From an uncultured Gammaproteobacteria bacterium (GTDB taxonomy: Bacteria; Pseudomonadota; Gammaproteobacteria; Tenderiales; Tenderiaceae), in NCBI GenBank assembly GCA_965602225.1, contig CBFCYE010000003.1, positions 68,661 to 132,660 on the forward strand: DNA of 64,000 nucleotides, read 5' to 3'. Shown piece after piece: positions 38,839 through 49,700 of the stretch. Below the pieces are notes generated by a model. It searched no databases. It was not told where the DNA came from and saw nothing but the letters and a program-made list of their open reading frames with translations. Within the stretch, counting starts at the first letter, position 1. Each line of letters begins with the position of its first letter. The position numbers were made by a program, and so were the translations under genes.

Positions 38839-40806
38839 ATGAGCATCGAAAATATCGACTCGATACTCCACGAAGAGCGTTTATTTCAGCCTTCAGCAGA
38901 ATTTACTCAAGCCGCTTCAATCAACTCTTTAGTCGATCTAGAAGCCCTGCACCAACAAGCTGAAGATGATTATGAAGGATTTTGGGAAAAGCTTGGCCAC
39001 GATGAAATTAGTTGGCAAACACCATTTACCAATGTTCTTGATGATAGCAAAGCCCCCCACTATCAGTGGTTCAATGATGGCAAGACCAATGTCTCCTACA
39101 ATTGCCTGGACCGTCACCTTGAAAGCCGCGGTGATAACAACGCCATTATTTTTGAAGGTGAAAAAGGCGACATCAAAACCCTGACCTATCGTGAACTACA
39201 TTCACAGGTATGTTGCTTTGCCAATGCCATGAAGGCTCAGGGAATCAGCAAAGGCGATCGTGTGGTCATCTATATGCCCATGACGCCAGAAGCCGTAGTG
39301 GCAATGCAGGCCTGTGCCCGTATCGGTGCCATACACTCGGTGGTCTTTGGTGGCTTTTCAGCAGAATCACTAAAAGACAGAATCGAAGACGCCGGCGCAA
39401 AGATGCTGATCACAGCCGATGGTGGTCACCGTGGCGGCAAGATTGTTGAACTGAAACAAGCCGCTGACAAGGCACTTGCTAATGGCTGCGCCAGCATTGA
39501 GAAGGTCATTGTCTTCAAACGTACCGGCCACGATGTTGATTTCGACCAGGAAAAGGATATCTGGTGGCATGATGCAATTAAGGGTATGGACAGTGTCTGT
39601 GAGCCTGAGTGGGTTGAATCCGAACACCCACTATTCCTACTTTACACCTCCGGCTCTACCGGCAAACCCAAAGGCATCCAGCATTCAACTGCCGGTTATT
39701 TACTGGGCTCCATCCTGACCATGAAATGGGTCTTTGATATCAAGGATGACGATATCTACTGGTGTACTGCCGATGTTGGCTGGATCACCGGCCACACCTA
39801 CGTTGCCTATGGCCCACTAGCCGTCGGTGCAACCGCTCTAATCTATGAAGGAGCACCAACCATCCCCGATTACGGTCGCTTTTGGGATATCTGCGAACGC
39901 CACAAGGTCAGCATTTTCTATACTGCACCAACCGCTATTCGTGCACTGATGAAACAGGGCGATGAATTTCCAGCCAAATATGATCTTTCCAGCCTGCGTC
40001 TGCTTGGAACTGTCGGCGAACCCATTAATCCAGAGGCATGGATCTGGTACAACAAGGTCATCGGTGGCGAGCGCTGCCCAATTGTCGACACCTGGTGGCA
40101 AACAGAGACCGGCGCCAATATGATTGCCCCGATACCCGGCGCAGTTGCAACCAAGCCCGGCTCCTGCACCCTGCCCCTGCCAGGCATCATTGCCGACGTC
40201 GTTGACGAAGCAGGCAATAGCATTACCGAAGCCAACAAAGGTGGCTTCCTGGTCATCAAAAAACCTTGGCCATTCATGTTGCGCACGGTTTGGGGTGATG
40301 ATGAACGTTACATAAACACCTATTGGCCTATGTTTGACGGCAAATACTATCTTGCTGGTGATAGCGCCCGCCGTGACCAGGATGGCTATTTCTGGATCAT
40401 GGGGCGCATTGATGATGTGCTAAATGTATCCGGGCATCGCCTCGGCACCATGGAGGTTGAATCTGCCCTGGTAGCCCACCCACGCGTTGCAGAGGCCGCC
40501 GTCGTCGGCCGCCCTGACGACATCAAGGGCGAGGCAATCTTCGCCTATGTGGTATTACGCGGCGATAGACCTGAGGGTGGTATTGACGAGGCCCTGACCA
40601 AGGAGCTGCGTGCCTGGGTCAGCGAACAGATTGGTCCTATCGCCAAGCCTGATGATATCCGCTATGCCGACAACCTGCCCAAGACTCGATCAGGCAAGAT
40701 CATGCGGCGCTTACTAAGAACCATTGCCCAGGGCCAGGAAATAACTCAAGACACATCAACACTCGAAAACGAGGCCATCCTGCAGCAATTACAAGGCAAG
40801 AGTTAA
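38839..40806 (+). CDS. acs: Acetyl-CoA synthetase
   Basis: AMP-binding motif [11 protein letters not shown], the WW.TETG motif, and C-terminal [11 protein letters not shown]. The start was set at the ATG at 38839, which follows the SD GGGAGGG. Confidence 0.95.
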   Translation: MSIENIDSILHEERLFQPSAEFTQAASINSLVDLEALHQQAEDDYEGFWEKLGHDEISWQTPFTNVLDDSKAPHYQWFNDGKTNVSYNCLDRHLESRGDNNAIIFEGEKGDIKTLTYRELHSQVCCFANAMKAQGISKGDRVVIYMPMTPEAVVAMQACARIGAIHSVVFGGFSAESLKDRIEDAGAKMLITADGGHRGGKIVELKQAADKALANGCASIEKVIVFKRTGHDVDFDQEKDIWWHDAIKGMDSVCEPEWVESEHPLFLLYTSGSTGKPKGIQHSTAGYLLGSILTMKWVFDIKDDDIYWCTADVGWITGHTYVAYGPLAVGATALIYEGAPTIPDYGRFWDICERHKVSIFYTAPTAIRALMKQGDEFPAKYDLSSLRLLGTVGEPINPEAWIWYNKVIGGERCPIVDTWWQTETGANMIAPIPGAVATKPGSCTLPLPGIIADVVDEAGNSITEANKGGFLVIKKPWPFMLRTVWGDDERYINTYWPMFDGKYYLAGDSARRDQDGYFWIMGRIDDVLNVSGHRLGTMEVESALVAHPRVAEAAVVGRPDDIKGEAIFAYVVLRGDRPEGGIDEALTKELRAWVSEQIGPIAKPDDIRYADNLPKTRSGKIMRRLLRTIAQGQEITQDTSTLENEAILQQLQGKS

Positions 40807-40817
40807 CACAACCACAT

Positions 40818-40847
40818 GGGCGGCCTTATTTGGCCGCCCCTTTAATT
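40818..40847 (+). terminator. Terminator of acs
   Basis: 8-bp GC stem gggcggcc / ggccgccc with loop ttattt, followed by ctttaatt. Confidence 0.6.
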
Positions 40848-40898
40848 ACCCCTGTAAATCGTATTGACATTAAGCAAGCGCTTTGCTTTAATGAATTG

Positions 40899-41105
40899 CC
40901 CTTATCGTTTGTATGGCTTTTGTACTAGGGAACGAATTTAGATTAGCGAGTTAGACATAGGCATATGTGATTAACAGGCGCTAACGTAGTCCTTAAAAAT
41001 GTCATTAAACGAAACAAGGTCAAATAATAAATATATGAAAATAGTACGCCTCCCCGTACGCGCTTGTAACAACCCAAAAGGGGCGCCAGTCGCCCCTCTT
41101 TTTTT
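40899..41105 (+). ncRNA. Candidate ~200-nt small RNA (promoter-to-terminator unit, family unknown)
   Basis: TTGACA (40864-40869), N17, then TTTAAT (40887-40892) upstream. A rho-independent terminator ggggcg-ccagt-cgcccc plus a T-run lies at 41080-41105. The unit sits between the acs terminator and the tRNA-Asn promoter, and I found no convincing ORF inside it. Confidence 0.3.
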
Positions 41106-41224
41106 AAACCACTTTATTGAAACACCTTCCACCCCCTGACGACCTCTTAATAGATCAACACAGCAACAACTATAATTGTGCCTAGGAATTAGTCAGTTAT
41201 GCGAAAATTTAACGGTTATTAATG

Positions 41225-41253
41225 TTGACGTTTGAGAATCATCGCAGTACTAT
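41225..41253 (+). promoter_or_regulatory. Sigma70-type promoter of tRNA-Asn
   Basis: TTGACG (41225-41230), N17, then TACTAT (41248-41253), about 28 nt upstream of the mature tRNA 5' end. Confidence 0.5.
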
Positions 41254-41280
41254 ACTGCCCACAAATCAAGCAAGATTTAT

Positions 41281-41356
41281 TCCCCGGTAGCTCAGTTGGT
41301 AGAGCAAATGACTGTTAATCATTGGGTCCCTGGTTCGAGCCCGGGCCGGGGAGCCA
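41281..41356 (+). tRNA. tRNA-Asn (anticodon GTT)
   Basis: Hand-folded cloverleaf: acceptor tccccgg/ccgggga, anticodon loop ctGTTaa (compare E. coli tRNA-Asn ACUGUUAAU), T arm cctgg-ttcgagc-ccggg, and an encoded CCA. Confidence 0.95.
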
Positions 41357-41364
41357 TATTAAAG

Positions 41365-41390
41365 AAACCGCCTATCAGGCGGTTTTTTTT
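41365..41390 (+). terminator. Rho-independent terminator after tRNA-Asn
   Basis: Stem ccgcc / ggcgg with loop tatca, followed by T8. Confidence 0.8.
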
Positions 41391-41444
41391 CGTCCTAAAT
41401 TTCTCACGCATGAAAACAAATAGCCGCATGCTAACATCGCTGCC

Positions 41445-41987
41445 ATGAGCAACAAACCAGATAATGAAGATGAAGACGCAGAACTGTTCCGCCAGGCCAT
41501 GGTCGGTGTGCGTCGCCTCGAAACTGATCAAGCAGCTCATTTAACTCAGCGACCTAAACCCATCAAACGGCAAGCACAGACCAATGAATCACAACAAACG
41601 ATTGATACACTGTCTGATGAATTTGAACCATACAACGACAGCAATCAGGAAAATGATTCATTCGCCCGCACAGGCATCCAAAAACAGCTCCTCAGAAAAC
41701 TTAGATTAGGAAAAATTCCTATTGAGGACGAGCTGGATTTACATGGCTATAGAGTTGAACAGGCACGTCAGGCATTAGCGGGGTTTCTCAATCACTGCCG
41801 TGAGCATGGCTTACGCTGTGTCCGGATCATTCACGGTAAAGGCCTGTCATCATCACAACAGCCACCGGTTTTAAGAGGCAAAACCCGACTCTGGTTACAA
41901 CAGCGTGATGATGTACTGGCCTTCTGTCCAGCGCACCGCACAGGCGGCGGTGATGGTGCGATCTATGTCCTGCTCAAACGGGGCTAG
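41445..41987 (+). CDS. Smr (MutS2-related small nuclease) domain protein
   Basis: The C-terminal Smr domain reads ELDLHGYRVEQARQALAGFL......G.RCVRIIHGKG. 180 aa. Confidence 0.8.
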   Translation: MSNKPDNEDEDAELFRQAMVGVRRLETDQAAHLTQRPKPIKRQAQTNESQQTIDTLSDEFEPYNDSNQENDSFARTGIQKQLLRKLRLGKIPIEDELDLHGYRVEQARQALAGFLNHCREHGLRCVRIIHGKGLSSSQQPPVLRGKTRLWLQQRDDVLAFCPAHRTGGGDGAIYVLLKRG

Positions 41988-43471
41988 AAAAAATAGCCCA
42001 GTCCAAGCTGGAAGTAATCATCATTACGAAATAAATAAGCAGGATCCGTCGGTTCATCAAGTCCTGACGTACCACGATATTCCAGTGTCAGTCTCCAACT
42101 CTGCCCAAGGCGCCTACTTGCCTCGACGCTTGAAGAAACAGCACTCCCCTCCTGGTCATAGATGGCACCCATCAGTATCTCGCTGCTTTGCATATCATTA
42201 AAGACCCAACGCAAACCCAGCATGACATCATCAGCGAATGGCCCAGGCGCCAGCTCAGCACGCTCATCGTAGAGATACTCAAGCAACAGGCCTAGATCCA
42301 TACTGCTATCCAGCAGGCCCACATGGGTATATTCAAAGCCGGCCACAGCCTGCGTATAACGTTGGTTCATCTCCTCGGTAGAGGTAGCCTCAAGCTTCCA
42401 TGCCCAATCACCAAGCAAGGCCTGTAAGGTCAGTCCGGTTTGATCAATCAAGTTATAGCGAGGAATTAATACAGTCTGACCAAGTGAATTGACCCCGAAA
42501 TCATCACCAATTTTCGGATCACGGCTTGTGCCGGAAAAATGTGACAGGCCAATATCCCAATCACCAATATAGTGTGACCAGCGTATCGCCCAGTCTAGAT
42601 GTTCATCTTTGTCGTCTGACTCATACCGCGCATCTTGTTCGGTATCAACAACTAATGGCCCTCTCAAACGACCCTTTACACCCGCAAAAGTACGTTCACG
42701 AAATAACGGTAAGGCAAATAGATCCCACGTCCCCCAGTCGGTAAACCAACTCAAATTGGCCATGGGTTGACCCAGTTTGTCTTCTCCATCAAGACTCTCC
42801 ACCTGGTCAATCTGGTTAATTACATCCACCAGATGCAAGGACTCCGTCACGCCCCAGAACACCTTGCCTATGCCCAGGCGTAGTTCCCAATCGCCCATGG
42901 CATTAAGCCACATCAACTCACGCACATCGGCATGGTTACGCTCTTCATCTTTATCACCAACGCGTACAAATGGCACAAAGGTCAGGCTGGATTTCCGGTC
43001 ATTCCAACTCATGTGAAATTCCGGCTGAATCGCCAAAGAAGCAAACGTATCGTACTGTTCAGCTGGATATAAAGGATCATCAACAAAGCCACGCAGCTCT
43101 GCTGTCAAAGATCCTGAGGCAGTCGCCCTGAATGTGGAAGGCTTAGGTTTGGGTAATGCAGGAAAACGCTTAACCGCTGCAGGCCAGCCGATATCACGCA
43201 AACGACTCTGATCATAGAGCGCCTGACTGGTGCGTTCGTATGGGCCAACCAAGACAACCTCAGCCGGGCGACCAATCACCTCAATGGTTCTCTGCTCAGC
43301 ATTAAAACCGCTGCCTTCAAGCTGTTGAAAAATTTGTTTGGCCGTTGCCTTATCCGAAAACACCCCTATCTGCAGATACGGAACCTTATCGTTTGCCTGA
43401 ACTGCAGCCACACCAAAAAGCATCGCCATAGCGACAATGACATTGATTAAGAAACTTCGATTGATGAACAT
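41984..43471 (-). CDS. Outer-membrane beta-barrel protein with N-terminal SPOR-like domain
   Basis: Signal peptide, then a SPOR-like segment (YLQIGVFSDKATAKQIFQQLEGSGFNAE...VLVGPYERTSQA). A long region of alternating-pattern strands follows, ending in ...FQLGLGYFF (terminal Phe OMP signature). Confidence 0.5.
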   Translation of the reverse strand: MFINRSFLINVIVAMAMLFGVAAVQANDKVPYLQIGVFSDKATAKQIFQQLEGSGFNAEQRTIEVIGRPAEVVLVGPYERTSQALYDQSRLRDIGWPAAVKRFPALPKPKPSTFRATASGSLTAELRGFVDDPLYPAEQYDTFASLAIQPEFHMSWNDRKSSLTFVPFVRVGDKDEERNHADVRELMWLNAMGDWELRLGIGKVFWGVTESLHLVDVINQIDQVESLDGEDKLGQPMANLSWFTDWGTWDLFALPLFRERTFAGVKGRLRGPLVVDTEQDARYESDDKDEHLDWAIRWSHYIGDWDIGLSHFSGTSRDPKIGDDFGVNSLGQTVLIPRYNLIDQTGLTLQALLGDWAWKLEATSTEEMNQRYTQAVAGFEYTHVGLLDSSMDLGLLLEYLYDERAELAPGPFADDVMLGLRWVFNDMQSSEILMGAIYDQEGSAVSSSVEASRRLGQSWRLTLEYRGTSGLDEPTDPAYLFRNDDYFQLGLGYFF

Positions 43472-43483
43472 TACAACCTCTTA

Positions 43484-44284
43484 CTAGCGCGCCCGTTTAA
43501 GATCATTAACTTGAAAATCACTGTCTTTCAAGCCAGTGCGAAAACGATAATTTTTCCAGACAATGCGGGTTGTCTTGCCGGTCTGGTGATTTTCCATAAA
43601 CATCTCATCCGGGCGCCAATGATGTTCCAGGTACTTCTTGTAACCAATAAACGTCAGTGTCTTGAGCAAGGCATTCTTGCGATCGTAAAAGTCTGTTTTT
43701 AGAGGTCGATATTCCGCCTTGTCTATCCAGCTAACCTGGCGGGTATAACCGGAATATTTGTCCACCGGATCACGGGCAACCACAAAACAGTCCATCCCAT
43801 CATAAACCTCGTCGCCCATATAGCTATAGGTATATTTCTCAAGCTCCTGCGAGCCCAGATCTTCATAGGCAAACTCACTGCCCATATAGGGGCCAGACTT
43901 ATTTCGCGAGGCAATCCGTTTGACACGCTTAAGCGCTGGCAGAAACAACCACTGGTCATCAGTTTCAACCTTATGTGAATGGGTCAGCATTGCCGTGCCC
44001 TTCACATCAGCAGGTTCTTCAAATATCGACAAACCCTTATCGCCATCGCCATCAACCTCTAATCCCATAACACGGATATATCGACGGCTCTCATCACCAT
44101 GACGATTTTTGAGAATCATCTCCATTTCAGCGCGAAAGTCATCAAAGCCGTTACCGCGCTTATCTGCTTCCTGAGAAATCTCAAAACCACGTTGTTCCGG
44201 CGTCGTCTGCGCACTCACAGACAATGGGCTCAGAAACGCTGTCAGCAATACTGGAACCACGAATAATTTATTGGACATGCGCAT
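43484..44284 (-). CDS. LolA-like outer membrane lipoprotein-sorting protein
   Basis: Signal peptide MSNKLFVVPVLLTAFLSPLSVSAQ, about 265 aa, of the type usually annotated outer membrane lipoprotein-sorting protein next to MMPL/RND genes. The start was trimmed to 44284 or 44278. Confidence 0.55.
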   Translation of the reverse strand: MRMSNKLFVVPVLLTAFLSPLSVSAQTTPEQRGFEISQEADKRGNGFDDFRAEMEMILKNRHGDESRRYIRVMGLEVDGDGDKGLSIFEEPADVKGTAMLTHSHKVETDDQWLFLPALKRVKRIASRNKSGPYMGSEFAYEDLGSQELEKYTYSYMGDEVYDGMDCFVVARDPVDKYSGYTRQVSWIDKAEYRPLKTDFYDRKNALLKTLTFIGYKKYLEHHWRPDEMFMENHQTGKTTRIVWKNYRFRTGLKDSDFQVNDLKRAR

Positions 44285-46586
44285 CAGCAACTCCTTTATG
44301 TTTTTTATCGTCAAACTTCATTAACAACGGCGGCAACAACAGAAAATCCGCCACCAGCGCAAGCGTGATGGTTGTTGCCGTTAACAAGCCCATCGCCGAG
44401 TTTAATTCAAATGCCGACTGCGACAACACCATAAACCCGGCCACCAATGCCAAAGATGTCACCCACAAGGCCATGCCCACAGTAGAAAAGGCATAGCGTA
44501 CCGCATCCTGGCTCGACAGCCCCTGCTCTCTGCGGCCACGCTGATATTTACTCAGAAAATGCACCGTATCGTCGACAACAATCCCCAGCGTCATGCCAAT
44601 AACCACGGATAAGGCCAAACCAACCTCAGCGACAAATATCCCCCATAAGCCAAAAGCCATCGCCGCCGGAACCAGGTTAGGCACAAGACTAATAATACCC
44701 ATTTTCAAGGATCGCAAAGTAAATATCAGCACAAATGAAATCACCACCAGCGCTATTATCGTGCCCTTCAACATACTGCGAATATTACGATAGCCAATAT
44801 GGGCGAACATAATCGCCGGACTAGCACCGCTGCTATGCATAGACGTTTGTGCATTCTCGCGCAGCCATTCCTGAGCCCTGTCTTCTAATGTCAGTAACTG
44901 ATTAGTGGAAAGACTTTGCAGGCTGACATCCATACGTGTAGCCGACTTATCCAGATTTATCTGATTATTCAGATCCAGGCCGTAAGGCAGCGACATTTCA
45001 TATAACAACAAATACTGTGCTGCCAGTTCACGTAGTTCCGGAATTCGGTACCACTCTGGATTATCATCATGCATATTGCGATTAACCCGCTTCATGATGT
45101 CGGTAAACACACCCACATGCAGTACCCCAGGCTGTTGACGGTACCACTCGGCAAAGGCATCAAGGGTTCTAAGATAGTCTGGCTCACTAATCCCACCGCT
45201 TTCGCCGGCGCCAAGCGAATAACTGATTTGGTACATACCGGTTAGATTATCTGTAGTGTAGTCAGTATCCGTTCTGAATTTAATCGTCTCATCAAAATAA
45301 CTGACGAACTCATCATTGAGTTCATTGGCTGGAATAAACATTACCAATGCCACCACCGCAGCAAGCATGATCCACATAAGCCTAACTCGCTGCACCACCA
45401 CAAACTCCCCCAAGGCCTGCATAAACAATAAACCCCTGGAATCCTGCTTTGGTGGTTTGACCGGAAAGATCATGATTAAGGCTGGAAACATGGTCACAGA
45501 CAGCAGATAACCGGTTACCACCCCCATCGCCACCATATTGCCAAGATCGCGAAACGGCGGCGCATCAGAAAAGTTCATACTCAAAAAGCCAATCGCCGTC
45601 GTCAGGCTGGTAATAAAGACTGGCTGCATATTAATGCGCATACTTTCTGTCAGTGCCTGCCGTTTATCTTTACTCAAACGAAAATTTTGTAAGAAGTTGG
45701 TCAGCAGATGAACGCAATGCGCGACAACAATGGTCATCACCACCGTTGGGGTTGACGCTGTTGGCGGACTTAGCTTGATACCCACCCAACCCGCCATGCC
45801 CATGGCAGAAATGATGGCCAGGATGATAATCAATAAAGTTGCAATGGTGCCACCAATGACCCTGACTGAAAAACCAACCAACAACAGGATTACCAAAAAC
45901 ATAATAGGAACCAGCGTTTTCACATCGCTCTGTGCAGCTTCAGGGAAGGCATTATTCATGAAGGCAACACCGGTCAAACGGATTTCGACTTGCGGATATT
46001 TGGCCTCATACTCCTTGGCCAGGCCACGGATAAACGCAATCACCTCTGGCACCTCGGCCTGTAGATCGATCTCGGGCAGATGCACGGTGACATTCACCCC
46101 GGTAACATGACCTGAGGGCGAAATTATGCGGTTGAGCAAACCAGGTTCAGACAGGGCGACCGCCCTGACCCGCGCTACTGCCTCTGGTCCCAGCGACAGG
46201 GCATCTTCAACTAGATTTTCAACCACCAGATCATCAGCCTCGGCATAGGTATGTTGAAAATTGGTAATGGAATCGACACGCAGCGAATACGGCGTCTGCC
46301 AGGCAGCCTCTGTTATTTCTTCTACGACACTTAAAATCTCGGGGGTAAAGACATTGCCTGATTTGGGCGTAATGACCAACAAGGCATTGTCATTTTTGTT
46401 ATAGGTATTTTGCAGCTTATCAAAGGCCTGCAGCTGAGGATTTTCCTCACTGAAGAAGATACGGTAATCATTGGTGAAACTGAGAAAGCGGACACCACTG
46501 GCAGCAGCAAACACCCATACCAAGGTCAAAAGCACAACCAACCAGCGCCAGCGGATCAACAAAGCTGCGTAACGTTCAACCATCAT
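44268..46586 (-). CDS. RND-superfamily MMPL/HpnN-like transporter (two SSD-type 6-TM bundles)
   Basis: 772 aa with two repeats of a periplasmic domain plus a 5-6 TM cluster. N-terminus RWRWLVVLLTLVW...F..D.R.FFSE.NPQ, as in MMPL/HpnN-type exporters. Confidence 0.8.
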   Translation of the reverse strand: MMVERYAALLIRWRWLVVLLTLVWVFAAASGVRFLSFTNDYRIFFSEENPQLQAFDKLQNTYNKNDNALLVITPKSGNVFTPEILSVVEEITEAAWQTPYSLRVDSITNFQHTYAEADDLVVENLVEDALSLGPEAVARVRAVALSEPGLLNRIISPSGHVTGVNVTVHLPEIDLQAEVPEVIAFIRGLAKEYEAKYPQVEIRLTGVAFMNNAFPEAAQSDVKTLVPIMFLVILLLVGFSVRVIGGTIATLLIIILAIISAMGMAGWVGIKLSPPTASTPTVVMTIVVAHCVHLLTNFLQNFRLSKDKRQALTESMRINMQPVFITSLTTAIGFLSMNFSDAPPFRDLGNMVAMGVVTGYLLSVTMFPALIMIFPVKPPKQDSRGLLFMQALGEFVVVQRVRLMWIMLAAVVALVMFIPANELNDEFVSYFDETIKFRTDTDYTTDNLTGMYQISYSLGAGESGGISEPDYLRTLDAFAEWYRQQPGVLHVGVFTDIMKRVNRNMHDDNPEWYRIPELRELAAQYLLLYEMSLPYGLDLNNQINLDKSATRMDVSLQSLSTNQLLTLEDRAQEWLRENAQTSMHSSGASPAIMFAHIGYRNIRSMLKGTIIALVVISFVLIFTLRSLKMGIISLVPNLVPAAMAFGLWGIFVAEVGLALSVVIGMTLGIVVDDTVHFLSKYQRGRREQGLSSQDAVRYAFSTVGMALWVTSLALVAGFMVLSQSAFELNSAMGLLTATTITLALVADFLLLPPLLMKFDDKKHKGVADAHVQ

Positions 46587-46746
46587 TCATGCATTCCTCT
46601 GTAACCACGTTGTAACTATCTATTTTTAAAGTGGTTTGCAAAACTCAGCATGCCTAGCATCTTGACCAAGGTCAAGGTGCGCTAAGGCCCATAAATATGC
46701 GAAAATACGGCCTCTTTATCAATCCAAATATATAGTTAGCTGAGCC

Positions 46747-49700
46747 ATGAGCCTAGAGGCCCCAGAAAAGTCGATTGAATCCGGCCACCTACGTGACCCA
46801 TTCAGCCCTTACGTACCTGACCAGCCGGGCAGAACCACCACCTGGGCGCGCCTCTACGGCAGCAGTTTCGGCATGGTACTTAGTCAGGGGGCCAGACAAC
46901 ATAACGGCCCGGTCGTAGTTATCACCAGCGATAGCCTGATGGCGACCCGCCTGGAACATGAACTGCGTTTCTATCTCGCCAATGACGAAACCGTCAACGT
47001 CGTTACCTTCCCTGACTGGGAAACCCTGCCCTACGATATATTCTCGCCACATCAGGACATCACCTCACAGCGGCTTGAAGCACTCTATCGCCTGCCAACG
47101 CTAAACAAGGGCATCCTCATCATCCCCGCCTCAACCGCCATGCACCGCTTGACGCCCAAGGGGTATATCGATAGCCACAGCCTGATGCTTGATGTTGGCG
47201 AAAAACTCAATATCGATGAGCTACGTCTGCGTTTTGAACGCAATGGCTACCGCTGTGTCTCGCAGGTGATGGAACACGGTGAGTTCGCCGTGCGCGGGGC
47301 GCTGGTGGATCTCTACCCTATGGGCAGCAAGGTACCGTTTCGTATAGACCTGTTCGATGATGAAATCGAAACCATCCGCAGCTTCGATCCGGAAACCCAG
47401 CTATCAAATGATAATGTCGACAGCATCCGCCTGCTACCAGCACGCGAGTTTCCGCTGACCAAAGAGGCCATCAGCCAGTTTCGTCAGGCCTATCGCGAAG
47501 AATTCGAGGGCGACCCACAACGTTCACCTATTTACAGAGATATTACCAACGGCGTGGCCTCGCCTGGCATCGACTATTATCTGCCGCTGTTTTTTGAGCA
47601 AACAGCCACCCTGTTCGACTACCTGCCAGCCAATAGCGTGGTGGTGATGGAAGAAGGTGTCGAGGAAGCCGCCCAGGCATTCTGGCAAGAGGTAGAGCAA
47701 CGCTACGAACAACGTCGCTACGACAAGGATCGGCCAATCCTTAGCCCCGAACGGGTCTTCCTCAAGGGGCATGAATTTCTGCAAGGCATCGCCCCCTTTC
47801 CACGGATTGATTGCCATCACTTCGACATGGAAGAGACACAGGGCGTACACAATTTCGCCAGCAAAAATGCGCCAATGCTGACCGTCAATTCACGTGCAGT
47901 AGATCCCCTGGCGACACTCAAGCAATTTATCAAGACCTTTGACGGTCGAATCCTGTTCGCCGCCGAAACCAGCGGCCGCCGCGAAGCACTGCTGGAACTG
48001 CTCAAACGCGACAACATCCATCCACGCCAATATCCAGACTGGTTGAGTTTTCTCGACGATGACAAGGCCCGTATCGGCATCGCCATCGCACCACTGGAAA
48101 AAGGCCTGCTGCTGGATGACATTGCCGTTATCAGCGAACCACAGTTGTTTGGCGAACAGGTCATGCAGCGTCGCCGCCGCAAGATCACCAAGCGCGATGA
48201 CGATGCCGTGGTTCGCAGTCTCACTGAACTCATGCCTGGTAGCCCTGTGGTACACGAAGACCACGGTGTCGGCCGTTACCTCGGCCTGCAAAGCCTTGAA
48301 ATGAATGGTCTGATCACAGAATTTTTGACTCTCGAATATCACGGTGGTGACAAACTCTATGTGCCGGTTTCATCGCTGCACCTGATCAGCCGTTTCACAG
48401 GCACCTCACCTGACTCCGCACCGCTACACAAACTCGGTTCGGATATCTGGGTCAGAGCCAAACGCCGGGCGGCAGAAAAGGCCCATGATGTCGCTGCCGA
48501 ACTGCTCGATATCTACGCCCGTCGTGCGGCGCGCAAAGGTTATGCCTATTCAGAACCTGATGACCAGTACCGCGCCTTTGCCGCTGGCTTTCCGTTTGAG
48601 GAAACACCCGATCAGGAAGAGGCCATCATCAATGTGCTCAAAGACATGGTCAGCGAGCAACCGATGGATCGACTGGTCTGCGGCGATGTCGGCTTTGGCA
48701 AAACAGAAGTGGCGATGCGCGCCGCCTTCATGGCCGTACATGACAACAAACAGGTGGCCGTGTTGGTGCCCACCACCCTGCTTGCGCAACAACATTATCA
48801 AAACTTTTGTGACCGCTTTGCCGATTGGCCAGTACGGGTTGAAGTCCTGTCACGCTTCCGTTCCAAAAAAGAACAGGATGAGGTGCTAAAAGATCTGGCC
48901 AATGGCAAGGTCGATATTGTCATCGGCACCCACAAGCTGTTGCAAAGTTCGGTCAAATTTACCGAGCTAGGGCTGGTCATCCTCGATGAAGAACACCGCT
49001 TTGGTGTGCGTCAGAAAGAGCGGCTCAAATCCTTGCGCGCCGAGGTCGACATACTCACCCTCACCGCCACGCCGATTCCACGCACGCTGAATATGGCGCT
49101 GTCGGATATGCGCGACCTGTCCATCATTGCCACCGCGCCAATGAAACGTCTGGCAATCAAGACCTTTGTCCGTCACTGGGATCAAAACCTGATGCGCGAA
49201 GCCTGTCTGCGTGAGATCAAACGTGGTGGCCAGGTCTATTTTCTGCACAACGAAGTCGACACCATAGAAAAGCGCGCCCGTGAACTGCAAGAGCTGATTC
49301 CGGAGGCACGCGTCATCGTTGCCCACGGTCAGATGCGCGAACGCGAGCTGGAACGAGTGATGCTGGATTTTTACCACCAGCGCTACAATATTCTGGTCTG
49401 CACCACCATCATCGAAACCGGCATCGACGTCCCCACCGCCAACACCATCATCATGAACCGGGCCGATAAACTTGGCCTGGCCCAGCTATATCAGCTACGT
49501 GGTCGTGTCGGTCGTTCCTATCATCAGGCCTACGCCTACCTGCTGGTGCCGAGCAAACGCAGCATGACCGCCGATGCCGTCAAACGCATGGAGGCCATCG
49601 AATCACTGGAAGGTCTGGGGGCAGGCTTTACATTGGCCAGCCATGACCTGGAGATCCGTGGCGCCGGAGAACTGCTGGGTGACGAACAGAGTGGCCAGAT

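Noticed and set aside
40891-41180. Small ORFs inside the sRNA candidate: a 16-aa MNCPYRLYGFCTRERI and a ~46-aa MSLNETRSNNKYMKIV...
   Set aside because: The first starts inside the -10 element. The second runs straight through the intrinsic terminator. Neither has an SD.
41281-46586. tRNA-Asn as the attachment site of a genomic island containing the Smr gene and the RND/LolA-like/OMP module.
   Set aside because: There is no integrase next to the tRNA. I found no second copy of the tRNA 3' end by eye, and the composition of the downstream genes looks native.
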